Position numbers and translations under genes: made by a program
Shown here: piece after piece, positions 29,969 to 40,684 of the stretch
How positions within the stretch are numbered: position 1 is the first letter of the stretch
How the letters are laid out: every line of letters starts with the position of its first letter
From: an uncultured Actinomycetota bacterium
Lineage (GTDB): Bacteria > Actinomycetota > Actinomycetes > Actinomycetales > Dermatophilaceae
Assembly: GCA_963713345.1 (NCBI GenBank)
Contig: CAVQLI010000008.1
Span: 530,606-594,605, forward strand
DNA length: 64,000 nucleotides
Direction: 5' to 3'
Notes under the pieces: model-generated
Database searches by the model: none
The model's input: only the letters and a program-made list of their open reading frames with translations
Told to the model about the DNA's origin: nothing

Positions 29969-30379
29969 TCAGGCCTGCTGGCTGATGTTGACGAGCCAGC
30001 CGACGCCGTACTTGTCGGTGAGCTGGCCGAACTCGTCGCCCCACATCTGCTTCTCGAGCGGGGTGCTGACGTTGGCGCCCTCGGAGAGGCCCTGGAAGTA
30101 GCCGCGAAGAGCGTCGGCATCGTCGCCACTCAGGCTGACGGTGATGTTGGACTCGCTGGCCCGTCCGGGCATGAACGAGGGCGTGTCCGCGGCCATGATC
30201 GTGAAGCCGGCGTCGGTCTCGAGCTGGCCGTGCATGACGAGGTCGCCGTCGTCGCCCTCGGTGCCGAACTCCTTGAAGAGGCTGATGACGACCTCACCGC
30301 CGAGAACGCCCTTGTAGAACTCCAGGGCCTCGGCTGCGTTGTTGCTGAACTGCAGGTAGGGGTTGAGTCGCATAGACAT
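29969..30379 (-). CDS. VOC family protein (PhnB-like)
   Basis: LNPYLQFSNNAAEALEFY, VMHGQL and WGDEFGQLTDKYGVGW motifs. Confidence 0.9.
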   Translation of the reverse strand: MSMRLNPYLQFSNNAAEALEFYKGVLGGEVVISLFKEFGTEGDDGDLVMHGQLETDAGFTIMAADTPSFMPGRASESNITVSLSGDDADALRGYFQGLSEGANVSTPLEKQMWGDEFGQLTDKYGVGWLVNISQQA

Positions 30380-30494
30380 GGGTGCGGGGGCTCCTTCTGC
30401 TCGCCGGTTGCCCACTCGGGGCGGGTCACGACAGTAGACCCGCCGAGCACCGACAGACTCATCGCTCGAGCGAACCCGAGGTGAACGGCCCGCG

Positions 30495-31342
30495 TCAGCT
30501 GCCGACGCGCCGCCGCAGACCCGCCGAGACAACGTCGATGTCGTCGTCCTCGACCTCGATCGGCACCGGGCGGTCGTTCTCCGGCGCAGGCTCGGGCCGG
30601 TAGGCCGGCTCCTTGAGCGTGTAGGTCGGCGGCGGGACCGGGACGGGCTTCCACCCGCCAGGGGTCTCCTCGGCGGCCGACGGGGTTTGCGCGTCCTCGC
30701 GGTCGGCGGTCCGCGGTCGGAGCGGCGACGGTGCGCGTCGGGCGCGCGGTGGCGGAGACGCGGTGGCGGGCCTCCTCGAGGCGGCGCTTCTGCAGACGTT
30801 GGGCCTTGCGCGCCGCCTGCTCCTGGATCGCCGACACGCGCAGCCAGACGACCGAGCCCACGAGCGCCAGGAGGGCGATGCCGACACTCAGCCACTTGAG
30901 GACGTGGGCGACCGACAGGACGAGGGTGACCGGGACGGCGACGAGGGCCGCGAGGAAGAGGATCCCTCGCGCACGGCGCAGCGCCACCTGAGCGGCGGTC
31001 TTGTGCGGTACCAGCTCGATCGAGCGGAACCGGGTGCGCCGGCGGGAGGGGCGCCTCACCCCGGTGGCGAGCGCGCAGCGGCGAGCTGACGCTGGCGTGC
31101 TTCACGACGACCTCGGGCCGGGAGTCCTTGGCGGTGTCCGCGCCGGACCCCGAGGGAGTGGTCGCCTCGGCCAGCATCGTGGTCGGCAGCGGGGTGCGGC
31201 GTTCGAGGACGCGCATCGCCTCGCTGAACTTGTCGACGGACCGGGCGGTCGCGAGGTGTTCGCGGCGACGGACCCAGTGCTGGATCAGGTAGGCAACCCA
31301 GATCGCCACGATGACGAGGAAGATCAGGCTGCTGGGCTGCAC
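30495..31342 (-). CDS. sepX: Divisome protein SepX/GlpR-like; split by two frameshifts (about 31070 and 30720)
   Basis: N-terminal TM plus RSVDKFSEAMRVLERR, central TM pair and GWKPVPVPPPTY lie in three different frames; syntenic after the rimJ-like gene. Confidence 0.7.
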
Positions 31343-31445
31343 GGATCCGACGGTAGGCGGTGTCGGCGCGCGGATCTCGTACCCATAACGGTGTGTCGCT
31401 GATGTGTCGCGTGTGACGGGTGGGACGCCCCCTCCGAGTCGCCGG

Positions 31446-32075
31446 TCAGGGCTGGCGGGCGCGGGTCCAACGGTCGAGGACGCGGCCGCCCTGGAGGTCG
31501 TCGCTGGTGAGAGCGAAGGTCCGGTGGTCGCGCCAGCCACCGTTGATGTGGAGGTACCGCTCCCGAACCCCCTCGTCCCGGAACCGCAGGTGCTCGACGA
31601 CCCGCAGCGACGGCCCGTTCTCCGGGCGCACGTTGACCTCGACACGGTGCAGTCCGAGGGGTCCGAACGCGTAGTCGCAGAGCATGGCCAGCGCCCGGGT
31701 CGCGATGCCCTGGCCCGCGTGCTCCTCGGCGACCCAGTACCCCGCGGCACCCGACAGCAGTGAGCCGTGGACGATCCCGAACAGGTGCATCTGGCCCGCG
31801 ATCCGACCGTCCGCCTCGATGAGGAACGGCACGATCCGCCCGGCCCGGGCCTCCCGGTCGAGACTCTTGACGTACTGGCGGAAGGTGACGCGCCGGCCCA
31901 CGCCGTCGGGTGCGGTCGGCTCCCACTGCCCGACGTAGTGGAGGTTCGCGCTGCGCACCCGGTCCCACTCGCTCTTGTCGCTCTGGCGGAGCGCGCGCAG
32001 CGCGACCGCGGGCATCCTCGAGTCGCGCGACACGAGGGTCACCGGCCAGTCCTGGACCGGGCGCTCCAACATCAT
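31446..32075 (-). CDS. RimJ/RimL-family GNAT N-acetyltransferase
   Basis: GYWVAEEHAGQGIAT, GLHRVEVNVRPEN, EGVRERYLHINGGWRDH; synteny with moeA. Confidence 0.9.
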   Translation of the reverse strand: MMLERPVQDWPVTLVSRDSRMPAVALRALRQSDKSEWDRVRSANLHYVGQWEPTAPDGVGRRVTFRQYVKSLDREARAGRIVPFLIEADGRIAGQMHLFGIVHGSLLSGAAGYWVAEEHAGQGIATRALAMLCDYAFGPLGLHRVEVNVRPENGPSLRVVEHLRFRDEGVRERYLHINGGWRDHRTFALTSDDLQGGRVLDRWTRARQP

Positions 32076-32082
32076 GACGACC

Positions 32083-32566
32083 TCACCGGTGGTCACCGCC
32101 CCCGATCTGGTCGACCGCGTGACCGACGACCTCGGCCAGCACGGCGAGCGCGTCCTTCACGCCACCCGTCGACCCCGGCAGGTTGACGACGAGCGAGTGG
32201 CCGGCCACCCCGGCGAGACCCCGCGACAGCATCGCCGTCGGGACCCCCTTCCCCACCCCGGCCGCACGGATCGCCTCCGCGATCCCCGGGATCTCGCGGT
32301 CGAGGTGCCGTGCGCGTCATCTCCGGCGTCGCGTCGGTCGGAGAGATCCCGGTGCCACCGGTGGTGAGCACCACGTCCGGCGACACCGCGAGAGCCGTCG
32401 CCAGCGCCTCCGACACGGCCTCTCCGTCGGGCACGACCGTCGCGTCGTCGACGTCGTACCCCCACTCCCGCAGCGCCGCCACGATCAGCGGGCCGGTGCG
32501 GTCGGGGTAGACGCCGGTCGCCGCCCGCGTCGACGCGCAGATGACGACGGCCCGTCGCGCGGTCAC
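32083..32566 (-). CDS. mog: MogA/MoaB molybdenum cofactor protein; frameshift at about 32310
   Basis: YPDRTG, VPDG, VLTTGGTGISPTDATPE, then in the next frame DREIPGIAEAIR...MLSRG...NLPGSTGG. Confidence 0.85.
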
Positions 32567-33054
32567 GACTCCGCCCAGTCGCCGGACCGCCCACCCGATT
32601 TCGCGGTCACGCGCACGTCGGTGATCCGGGCGTGCTTGTCGACGGCCTTGACCATGTCGACCAGGGCGAGCGCTCCGACGCATACGGCGGTCAGGGCCTC
32701 CATCTCGATGCCGGTCCGGTCCGCCGTGCGGACCGTCGCCACGATGTCGACCCCGTCGTCGGCCACCGTGAGGTCCACCGCCACGGCGTGCACCGCGACC
32801 GGGTGCGCCAGCGGGACCAGCTCCGGGGTCCGCTTGGCCCCCTGGATCCCGGCGATTCTCGCGACCGCGAGCGCGTCGCCCTTCGGGACGTCGCCGGACC
32901 GCAGGGCGGCGACCGCCCGCGGTGACAACAGGACCCGTCCGGCGGCCGACGCCTCGCGGGCGGTGACGTCCTTCCCGCTCACGTCGACCATATGCGCGGA
33001 GCCGTCGGCACGGACGTGCGTCAGCCGTTCGCCCTCGAGCCGGCCGTCGCTCAT
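32563..33054 (-). CDS. moaC: Cyclic pyranopterin monophosphate synthase MoaC
   Basis: AHMVDVSGK, VPKGDALAVARIAGIQGAKRTPELVPLAHP, TGIEMEAL and KSGG motifs. Confidence 0.95.
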   Translation of the reverse strand: MSDGRLEGERLTHVRADGSAHMVDVSGKDVTAREASAAGRVLLSPRAVAALRSGDVPKGDALAVARIAGIQGAKRTPELVPLAHPVAVHAVAVDLTVADDGVDIVATVRTADRTGIEMEALTAVCVGALALVDMVKAVDKHARITDVRVTAKSGGRSGDWAES

Positions 33055-33058
33055 GACG

Positions 33059-34303
33059 TCATCCTGCCCCAGGTTCGTCGAGGAGCCACATGTCCACCAC
33101 GTCACCCGCCTCGACGCGGGTCGTCCTCGGCGGGGATGAAGACGAAGGCGTTGGCGCGCGCCAGGTCGGCCACGAAGTGCGACGCCTGGCCCCAGACCGG
33201 GTCGGCTCGCCACCCCTCCTCGGTATGCGTCGCCACGGCGCGCGCGACCTGCGCTCGGCCGGGCGGCGAGGAGAGGGCGTGCTCCAGCCGCGCGCTCAGG
33301 GTCGTCCGCTGCTCGAGGTCGCGGCCCATCAGCCGTCGCAGGGCCGGCCGGACGAACACCTCGAACGACACGTAGGACGAGACCGGGTTGCCGGGCAGCG
33401 CGAAGAGGGGCACGTTCCGGTCTCCGACGAGCCCGAAGCCCTGCGGCTTGCCCGGCTGCATCGCCACCTGGACGAAGTCGACGCCGTGGTCGCGCAGGGA
33501 CTCCTTGACGACGTCATAGGCGCCCATGCTCACCCCGCCGCTCGTGACGATCGCGTCGACGTCGTCGGCGAGGGCCGCGACCGCCGACAGCACCGCGGCC
33601 GGATCGTCGTCGACCGTCGCCTGGCGGACCGCGACCGCGCCGCTCGCGACGACGGCGGCCTCGAGCATGTAGGAGTTCGACTCGTGGATCTGCCCGGGCT
33701 GCAACGGTTCTCCCGGCGGGACGAGCTCGGCGCCGGTGGACACGATGGCCACCCGAGGCCGCGGCCGGACCAGTGCGTCGGCATGGCCGGTCGCCGCCAG
33801 CAGGGCCACCCGCCGCGCGTCGATCTCCATGCCCGAGGTGAGGACGACCTGGCCCTGCTTGACGTCCTCGCCGGCGGGCCGGACCGAGGTCCCGACCGGG
33901 GCACCGGCCCGGATCTCCACCGTCTCGGTACCGCCGTCGGTGTCCTCGACCTTGACGATCGCGTCCGCGCCGTCGGGCATCATCGCGCCGGTCATGATCC
34001 GCACGGCCTCCCGCGGCCCGACCGCGCGCGTGGCGACACCACCGGCCGCGACCTCGCCGACGACCGGAAGGCGAACGGCCGTGCCGGGCACGTCCGGGTC
34101 CGCGGCCGACACGTCGACCGCGCGCACCGCATACCCGTCCATCGCCGAGTTGTCGAAGCCCGGGAGGTCGACGAGCGAGGTCACGTCCTCGCAGAGGACC
34201 AGTCCGAGGCAGTCGGCCAGGGGAAGTCGGACCGGCTCCGCGGGGTGACCGCCGCGAGGATGGCGTCGCGATGCTCCTCCAGCGTCCGCACGTCAGCCGG
34301 CAC
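33059..34303 (-). CDS. moeA: Molybdopterin molybdotransferase MoeA (Glp); frameshifts at about 34245 and 33130
   Basis: PGFDNSAMDGYA, IMTGA, STGAEL, ITSGG-like VTSGGVSMG, MQPGKPQG and LPGNPVS motifs; both termini lie in shifted frames. Confidence 0.9.
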
Positions 34304-35720
34304 CCTCGAGCGTCGTCACCCCGGTCAGCCGGCGGCCGTCCGGGACCGTCGCGGGGGCCGAGGCCCGGACGGTCACGTCGCCGATGCACACGACGTCCGC
34401 GCCGAACGTCACGTCGCCCTCGACGCGCAGCGACGTGGCCTGGCGCAGGGACGGCGCGCCCTTGGCGAACCGCTGCTCGAACCCCGGCACCAGCTTGTAG
34501 GGCTTGTCCAGGTCGACGAAGGGATCGGCGTGGGTGATGACCGACACGATGTTGGACTGGTCGTCGAGCTCGAAGATGTCGGACCGGACGAGGAGCAGCT
34601 CGTTGGTCGTCTTGACCGGGCGGAACCTGGTGCGCGGCACGTGGATCGCTCGGGCCCCGTCGATCCGGGCGACCGCTCCGCCCATGGCGGTCTCGATCTG
34701 GATCACCTCCGTCGACGACGAGTCCGACGGGTCCACGGTCTTGCGGTTGACGATCACCGGCAGTCCGATGCCGGCCTCGCCCCGCTCGCGGCTCTGCGTG
34801 AGCAGCGCGTCGAGGGCGTGCAGGTCGACCCAGAGGCTGTTGGCGTGGAACGTCGTGTGCCGCGTGTAGTCCTGGAACTGCTCCTCGTCCTGCTTCTCCA
34901 CCATCGCGCTGTCGCGGAGCACCAGCTGGCCGTCGCTCTTGCGGACGGCGAGGTGACCGCCCTTGCGGTCGTTGACCGTCCGGTCGCAGACCTCCGCGAC
35001 GTAGGGCACGTCGTTCTCGACCAGCCACGCCGCGATGCGGGGGTCGCACGTCGCGCCGAGGTTGTCGGCGTTGGACAGGAAGACGTAGCGGAAACCCTTG
35101 TCCAGCAACGCCTTCAGCAGTCCGGTCGCAGCGAGTGAGAGATAGACGTCTCCGTGTCCCGGGGGGCACCACTCCAGCTCCGGGTCCGCGGGCCAGTCGA
35201 CCGGGGAGAGGTCGTCGGCGCGCAACTTGGGCTCGGCGCTCTGGAGGAAGTCCAGCGGCAGCCCCTCGAGCTCGAGGTCGGGGTATCGGCGGAGGATCGC
35301 CAGCGACTCGTCGCGAGTGCGGAACGAGTTCATCAGGATGAGGGGCAGCTGGACGCCGTACTCCGTGCGTAGCGCGAGCGTCTGCCGGGCGATGACGTCG
35401 AGGAAGGACAGGTCGTCCTTGACGACGAGCGCGGACTTCGGGCCGGTGATCCCCATCGATGTCCCGAGCCCGCCGTTGAGCTTGACCATCGCCACCTGGC
35501 GCAGCGCCGCAGCCATCGCGTCGTCGGTCGGGGCGTAGTCCTCCAGTGACGGGACATCCACCAGCGGGTCGATCGTGGACTCCGGGATCGTCCCCCCGGA
35601 CCCGGTGGCGATGACGTCCTCCAGCTCGGCGTAGCTCCGCTCGAAGGCGAGGACCGCCTCCTCGCTCTCGCCGTGCTGCACCATCCGCCGTCGTGCCTCG
35701 GCCAGCCCCGCAGCGCTCAT
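34293..35720 (-). CDS. UTP--glucose-1-phosphate uridylyltransferase, eukaryote-type (UDPGP family)
   Basis: VKLNGGLGTSMG, LMNSFRT, WCPPGHGD, SNADNLGA, KGGHL and RFRPVKTTNELLLVRSD motifs. Confidence 0.92.
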   Translation of the reverse strand: MSAAGLAEARRRMVQHGESEEAVLAFERSYAELEDVIATGSGGTIPESTIDPLVDVPSLEDYAPTDDAMAAALRQVAMVKLNGGLGTSMGITGPKSALVVKDDLSFLDVIARQTLALRTEYGVQLPLILMNSFRTRDESLAILRRYPDLELEGLPLDFLQSAEPKLRADDLSPVDWPADPELEWCPPGHGDVYLSLAATGLLKALLDKGFRYVFLSNADNLGATCDPRIAAWLVENDVPYVAEVCDRTVNDRKGGHLAVRKSDGQLVLRDSAMVEKQDEEQFQDYTRHTTFHANSLWVDLHALDALLTQSRERGEAGIGLPVIVNRKTVDPSDSSSTEVIQIETAMGGAVARIDGARAIHVPRTRFRPVKTTNELLLVRSDIFELDDQSNIVSVITHADPFVDLDKPYKLVPGFEQRFAKGAPSLRQATSLRVEGDVTFGADVVCIGDVTVRASAPATVPDGRRLTGVTTLEGAG

Positions 35721-35734
35721 ACGGCCAGCCTACG

Positions 35735-36313
35735 ATGGCCGGTGTGACCGTCGACGCGACGTCCACGGCCAAAACCGCCCTCCGCCGACGCCTCCGCGCG
35801 ACCCGCCGCCACCGGCTACCGGAGCGCGACGTCGAGGCCGAGGCGAGGGCTCTGGCCGACCGGGTGACCGCACTCGTCGAGGAGCGGACGCAGGGTCGGG
35901 TATGCCGCGTCGCCGCCTACGAGTCGCACCCCACCGAGCCGCCGACCCACCTCCTCGTCGACCGCCTGACCGCCGCCGGGTACGAGGTGGTCGTCGGTGT
36001 CACCCTGCCGGACCTCGACCTCGACTGGCGGGTCACCGGAACACCGACAACGTTGGGAATCAACGCCATCCACGCTGCGGAGGTGATCGTGGCCCCGGCC
36101 CTGGCCGTCGACCGGACGGGGAACCGGCTCGGTCAGGGCGGCGGTTCCTACGACCGCGCACTGGCCCGGCGGCACTCCGACGCGCTCATCGTGGTGCTGC
36201 TCCACGACGACGAGCTGCTGCCGGCCGACGCCGTCCCGGTGGATGCGCACGACATCGCCGTCGACGTCGTCGTGACGCCGTCGCGGGGGCTTGTCCGGCT
36301 GGACTCAGCCTGA
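35735..36313 (+). CDS. 5-formyltetrahydrofolate cyclo-ligase
   Basis: KTALRRRLRATR, APALAVDRTGNRLGQGGGSYDRAL and HDIAVD motifs. Confidence 0.92.
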   Translation: MAGVTVDATSTAKTALRRRLRATRRHRLPERDVEAEARALADRVTALVEERTQGRVCRVAAYESHPTEPPTHLLVDRLTAAGYEVVVGVTLPDLDLDWRVTGTPTTLGINAIHAAEVIVAPALAVDRTGNRLGQGGGSYDRALARRHSDALIVVLLHDDELLPADAVPVDAHDIAVDVVVTPSRGLVRLDSA

Positions 36314-38944
36314 CGACCCCTGAGGGCTGAGGATCAGCTCGTCCTCGCGCGCCTGCTCGACGGCACCCCGGCTGAACGGCCACGGGAACGTCTCCCCCGC
36401 CGCCCAGGCGTCGAGCTGGTCCACGTAGTGCGCGGAGTACGGGTGGCCGCTGGTCCCGGTCTGCGTCACCCAGGTGGACTCGTCGAAGTTGGCGAGGTTG
36501 ACGACCATCCGCATCGACGGCGCCCAGTTCACGTCGAAGTTGCCGGCCGAGACGTCCCAGCCGTTCGCGTTGACGATCGACGACCCACCGCCGAGCTCCA
36601 CGGGCCCGCGGTTGAAGATCCGCCGGACGATGTCCGGCACGGTCGAGCCGCCCAGCACCTGGTGCTTCTCGGTGAGCGTGTGCAGCTCGCCCCAGGACCA
36701 GGTGACCGGGTCCTTGCCGAGGTGCTTGGCAAGGTCCAGCCGAGCCTGTACCAACGCCCGGCGCAGCACCTCGTCGCGGGTCTCGACCACTCCTGGGGTA
36801 CGCCGGTCGTCCCACCATCCGTTGGTCGCGTCCTTGAGCAGGGTGATCATCGCGGCCATGTACCGACCGCCGCCGTCGGCCTGGAGGTCCTGGGGCAGCT
36901 CGTCGTTGAACGTGTACTCGACGATCCGCATCCACACGGCGTTGTAGTAGGCGGCGCGTACGGCGGACCGGCCTTTGTCCCCCGGCTGGAGGAAGTCCCA
37001 GTCGCCGAGCAGCGTCTGCGCCTGCTGGGTGAACTCGTCACCCGACAGGTCGATCTGCAGCAGGGCCTGGACGAGGGTCGGGGCGAACCCGTTGTAGGTG
37101 TCGTTCTGGATCTCGCTCATCCGCTCGGGCGAGATCTTGGCGCCCTGGCTGTCGCTCTGCTTGAGCAACGTCTCGATGCGCGAGCTGCGCCAGCCGTAGT
37201 CCCAGTCGGAGGTGAGGAACGGCACCTGTGGCCCGGTCGCCGACGTCACCTGGTTGTTCGCCGTGACGACGAAGCCCTCGGGTGGGTCGTAGGTCCACGG
37301 CAGCTGCTCGAAGGGGACGAAGCCCTTCCAGTCGTACTGGCTGTCCCATCCGGGGGCCGGCCAGTACCCGGGTGGGGTGTTGGGCACCGAGGTCGACCGG
37401 ATCGGGACGAGCCCCGGGGACTGGTAGCCGATGTGCCCGGCCGTGTCCGCATACACGAGGTTCTGCGAGGGAACGGCGAACTTGGTCGCCGCGGCGCGGA
37501 ACTCGGTGAAGTCTGTCGCGGCGTCCATGCCGAAGATGGCGTCCGCCGAGGTGTTCGGTGTCAGCCCGGTCCAGGCGAGCGAGACCGCATACGTGTCCTG
37601 CTGGGGCACCAGCCGCACGAGCGCGTTACGGCCGACCCGGCCGACGGAGTCGATGACGTCGGAGACGATCGGGCCGTGGACGGTCCGGCGGATCGGCAGC
37701 AGCACGTCGTTCCCGCCGGCCACCTTGATGGTCTCGGTGGTCGTCTCGAGCGGTACCTGCTGCCCGTCGCGGAGGTAGGTCTGGTCGGTGACCTTCTCGA
37801 GGTAGAAGTCGGAGACGTCCGGAGCCAGGTTGGTCAGGCCCCAGGCGATCGACTGGTTGTGGCCGATGACGACCCCCGGCATACCGGCGAAGGTGAAGCC
37901 CGAGACGTCGAACGGGCAGGCGGTGGAGACGGTCCGACAGTGCAGGCCGGTCTGGTACCAGATCCCCGGGATGGCGGTCCCCAAGTGCGGGTCGTTGGCC
38001 AGCAGCGGCTTGCCGGTCGTCGTCTTCGACCCGGCGACGACCCACGAGTTGGAGCCGATGCCGTCACCGCGGCCGAGGAGGGCCGGGATCGAGTCGAGCG
38101 CCGCCTGGGCGCTCTCGAACACTGCCGACGTGACCGAGCTGAGCGGGGCCGGCGACGGCGCAGGGGCGGCCGGGGCGCCGCCCTCGGTGAGCGCGGGGTT
38201 GACGGCACTGGCCGCCGGCACCGATCCCGCGGTCCACTCGTCGGACCCGAGGATCGGCGGGTGCCCGGCGATCGAGTAGTCGGGGAACAGCACGGCGAGC
38301 CGGTCCGGGGCCAGCGTGGTGCCCAGGCGGGCTCGCGTCAGCTCGTCCCCGTAGTTGCTGATGAGGTCCCAGCCCATCGCCTTGAGCCAGGCCAGCGAGT
38401 CGACGGCGGACCACTTCTCGACCGAGTACCCGGGGAACTGCTGGCCGAGCACGACGTACTCCAGCCCCATGTCGCTCGGGCTCTCCGCCCGGGCGATGTA
38501 GTCGTTGACGCCGTCGGCGTAGGCGTTGAGGTACTGCCGCGTCGCCGGCGAGACCAGCGCCAGCTCCTTCTGGGCGACGTTCCGCCAGCCCATCGTCCGG
38601 ACCACCCGGTCGGTCTCCAGGCCGGCCGACCCGACCAGCTCCGAGAGGCGTCCCGCCGTGACGTGACGCCGGAAGTCCATCTCGAAGAACCGGTCCTGCG
38701 CGGCCACGAACCCCTGCGCCCGGAACAGGTCGTCGGTGGAGTCGGCGTAGATCTGCGGGATGCCGTGGTGGTCACGGATCACCTCGACCCGACCGCCGAG
38801 GCCGTTGAGCTTGATCTCACCGCTCGTCTGGGGCCAGGACTGCCGGACGATGCCGGTGAGGACGACCGCGAGCGCGACGACGAGCAGTACCACGAGGATG
38901 AGCACGCCCAGCCCGACCCGCCGGGCCACCCTCGCACGTGCCAC
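36305..38944 (-). CDS. Penicillin acylase family (Ntn hydrolase) protein
   Basis: DHHGIPQIYA, AQDRFFEMDFRR, GSNSWVV (catalytic Ser), LANDPHL and PSMRMVV motifs. Confidence 0.95.
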   Translation of the reverse strand: MARARVARRVGLGVLILVVLLVVALAVVLTGIVRQSWPQTSGEIKLNGLGGRVEVIRDHHGIPQIYADSTDDLFRAQGFVAAQDRFFEMDFRRHVTAGRLSELVGSAGLETDRVVRTMGWRNVAQKELALVSPATRQYLNAYADGVNDYIARAESPSDMGLEYVVLGQQFPGYSVEKWSAVDSLAWLKAMGWDLISNYGDELTRARLGTTLAPDRLAVLFPDYSIAGHPPILGSDEWTAGSVPAASAVNPALTEGGAPAAPAPSPAPLSSVTSAVFESAQAALDSIPALLGRGDGIGSNSWVVAGSKTTTGKPLLANDPHLGTAIPGIWYQTGLHCRTVSTACPFDVSGFTFAGMPGVVIGHNQSIAWGLTNLAPDVSDFYLEKVTDQTYLRDGQQVPLETTTETIKVAGGNDVLLPIRRTVHGPIVSDVIDSVGRVGRNALVRLVPQQDTYAVSLAWTGLTPNTSADAIFGMDAATDFTEFRAAATKFAVPSQNLVYADTAGHIGYQSPGLVPIRSTSVPNTPPGYWPAPGWDSQYDWKGFVPFEQLPWTYDPPEGFVVTANNQVTSATGPQVPFLTSDWDYGWRSSRIETLLKQSDSQGAKISPERMSEIQNDTYNGFAPTLVQALLQIDLSGDEFTQQAQTLLGDWDFLQPGDKGRSAVRAAYYNAVWMRIVEYTFNDELPQDLQADGGGRYMAAMITLLKDATNGWWDDRRTPGVVETRDEVLRRALVQARLDLAKHLGKDPVTWSWGELHTLTEKHQVLGGSTVPDIVRRIFNRGPVELGGGSSIVNANGWDVSAGNFDVNWAPSMRMVVNLANFDESTWVTQTGTSGHPYSAHYVDQLDAWAAGETFPWPFSRGAVEQAREDELILSPQGSSG

Positions 38945-39072
38945 CCTGCGAGACTAGGACACCCGCGAGGCCCCACGAGGCAGGCGAGACCGTGACCGGC
39001 CAACGGTGATGGGATCGAGACGGACGACCGAGCACACGGACCGGCAGGACGACCCCTGAGGGAGGAGGCGAG

Positions 39073-40590
39073 GTGACCCGGCTGGCCCCCGTCCCGACCG
39101 ACTTCGTCCTCGACGACCTCACCTGGTCGCTGCTCATCGGCTCGGCGGTGCTGCTGGTGGCCGTGGCCGCGGTCCGCATCTCGGTCCGCTCCGGGCTCCC
39201 GTCGCTGCTGATCTTCCTCGGCATCGGGCTGCTGCTCGGCGAGAACGGCCTCGGGATCAGCTTCGACTCGGAGGAGCTGACCCAGGTCCTCGGCTACTGC
39301 GCCCTGGTCCTCATCCTCGCCGAGGGCGGACTGACGACGAGGTGGTCGGGCATCCGAAAGTCCGTGGCGCCGGCGGCGGTCCTCTCGACCGTCGGCGTGT
39401 TCGTCTCGGTCGGCGTGGTCGCCGTCGCGGCCCGTTACGTCCTCAACCTGGACTGGACGGTGGCGCTGCTCATCGGCGCGATCCTCAGCTCGACCGACGC
39501 CGCGGCGGTGTTCTCCGTGCTGAGGACCGTGCCGCTGCCCCGCCGGCTGAGCGGGATGCTCGAGGCGGAGTCCGGGTTCAACGACGCGCCCGTGGTCATC
39601 CTCGTCGTCGCGCTCGCCGCCCAGTCGGTCCCTACGGCGGAGCACGACCCCTGGTGGTACGTCCTGCTCGAGGCGGGCGTCGAGCTGGTCGGCGGGACGG
39701 TGATCGGGCTGCTGGTCGGCTGGGCCGGAGCGTGGCTCCTGCGACGCGTGGCGGGAGCCTCGTCGGCGCTGTTCTCCATCGGGGTCGTCAGCCTGGTCGT
39801 CCTCGCGTATGCGATCGCCGCCACCGTCCACACGTCGGGCTTCATCGCCGCATACCTCTCGGCCCTCGTGCTCGGGAATCTCGGGCTGCCGCACCGGGCG
39901 GCCGTGCACAGCTTCTCGTCCGCGCTCGGCTCGATCGCCCAGATCGGGCTGTTCATCATGCTCGGCCTGCTCGCCTCGCCGACCGAGCTGCCCGAGCAGA
40001 TCGGCCCTGCCCTCCTCATCGGGCTGGTCCTGCTGCTCGTCGCCCGGCCGCTGTCCGTGCTGGTCTCGCTGACGCCGTTCCGGATACCGCTGCGCGACCA
40101 GGCCTTCCTGTCCTGGGCCGGCCTGCGCGGCGCCGTCCCGATCGTGCTGGCGACCGTGCCGGCGACGCTGGGCACGGCCAATGCCGCCCGCATCTTCAAC
40201 CTCGTCTTCGTCCTCGTCATCATCTTCACCCTGGTCCAGGCCCCGACCCTGCCCTGGGTGGCCCGGCGGCTCGGGCTCGCCGAGTCGGTCCGCTCCGTCG
40301 ACCTCGACGTCGAGACCACGCCGCTGGAGACCATGGGCGCGGACGTGATCCAAGTGACGGTCGGGGAGAGGTCCCGGCTGCACGGCGTGGAGCTGTTCGA
40401 GCTCCGGCTGCCGCCCGGGGCGAACGTCACGCTGGTGGTCCGCGACGGCAAGGGGTTCGTGCCGCAGGGGCAGACCGTGCTCCGGCACGGCGACCAGCTG
40501 CTCGTCGTCAGCACGGCGGACGTGCGCCACAAGGCCGAGCAGCGGATCCGCGACGTCGACGAGGGCGGCCGCCTCGCGGGGTGGGCCTGA
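39073..40590 (+). CDS. Potassium/proton antiporter (CPA1, CvrA/NhaP2-like) with TrkA-C domain
   Basis: ILAEGGL, SSTDAAAVFSVL, EAESGFNDA and WAGLRGAVPIVLAT motifs. Confidence 0.92.
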   Translation: MTRLAPVPTDFVLDDLTWSLLIGSAVLLVAVAAVRISVRSGLPSLLIFLGIGLLLGENGLGISFDSEELTQVLGYCALVLILAEGGLTTRWSGIRKSVAPAAVLSTVGVFVSVGVVAVAARYVLNLDWTVALLIGAILSSTDAAAVFSVLRTVPLPRRLSGMLEAESGFNDAPVVILVVALAAQSVPTAEHDPWWYVLLEAGVELVGGTVIGLLVGWAGAWLLRRVAGASSALFSIGVVSLVVLAYAIAATVHTSGFIAAYLSALVLGNLGLPHRAAVHSFSSALGSIAQIGLFIMLGLLASPTELPEQIGPALLIGLVLLLVARPLSVLVSLTPFRIPLRDQAFLSWAGLRGAVPIVLATVPATLGTANAARIFNLVFVLVIIFTLVQAPTLPWVARRLGLAESVRSVDLDVETTPLETMGADVIQVTVGERSRLHGVELFELRLPPGANVTLVVRDGKGFVPQGQTVLRHGDQLLVVSTADVRHKAEQRIRDVDEGGRLAGWA

Positions 40591-40684
40591 CCGTCGGGAA
40601 GCGATTCGGGTCCCTGCGCGTTCCCCCCGTAGACTTCCGCGCGGCCTGACCTACGGCCGCCCAAGACCTGAGGAGACCACCCCC

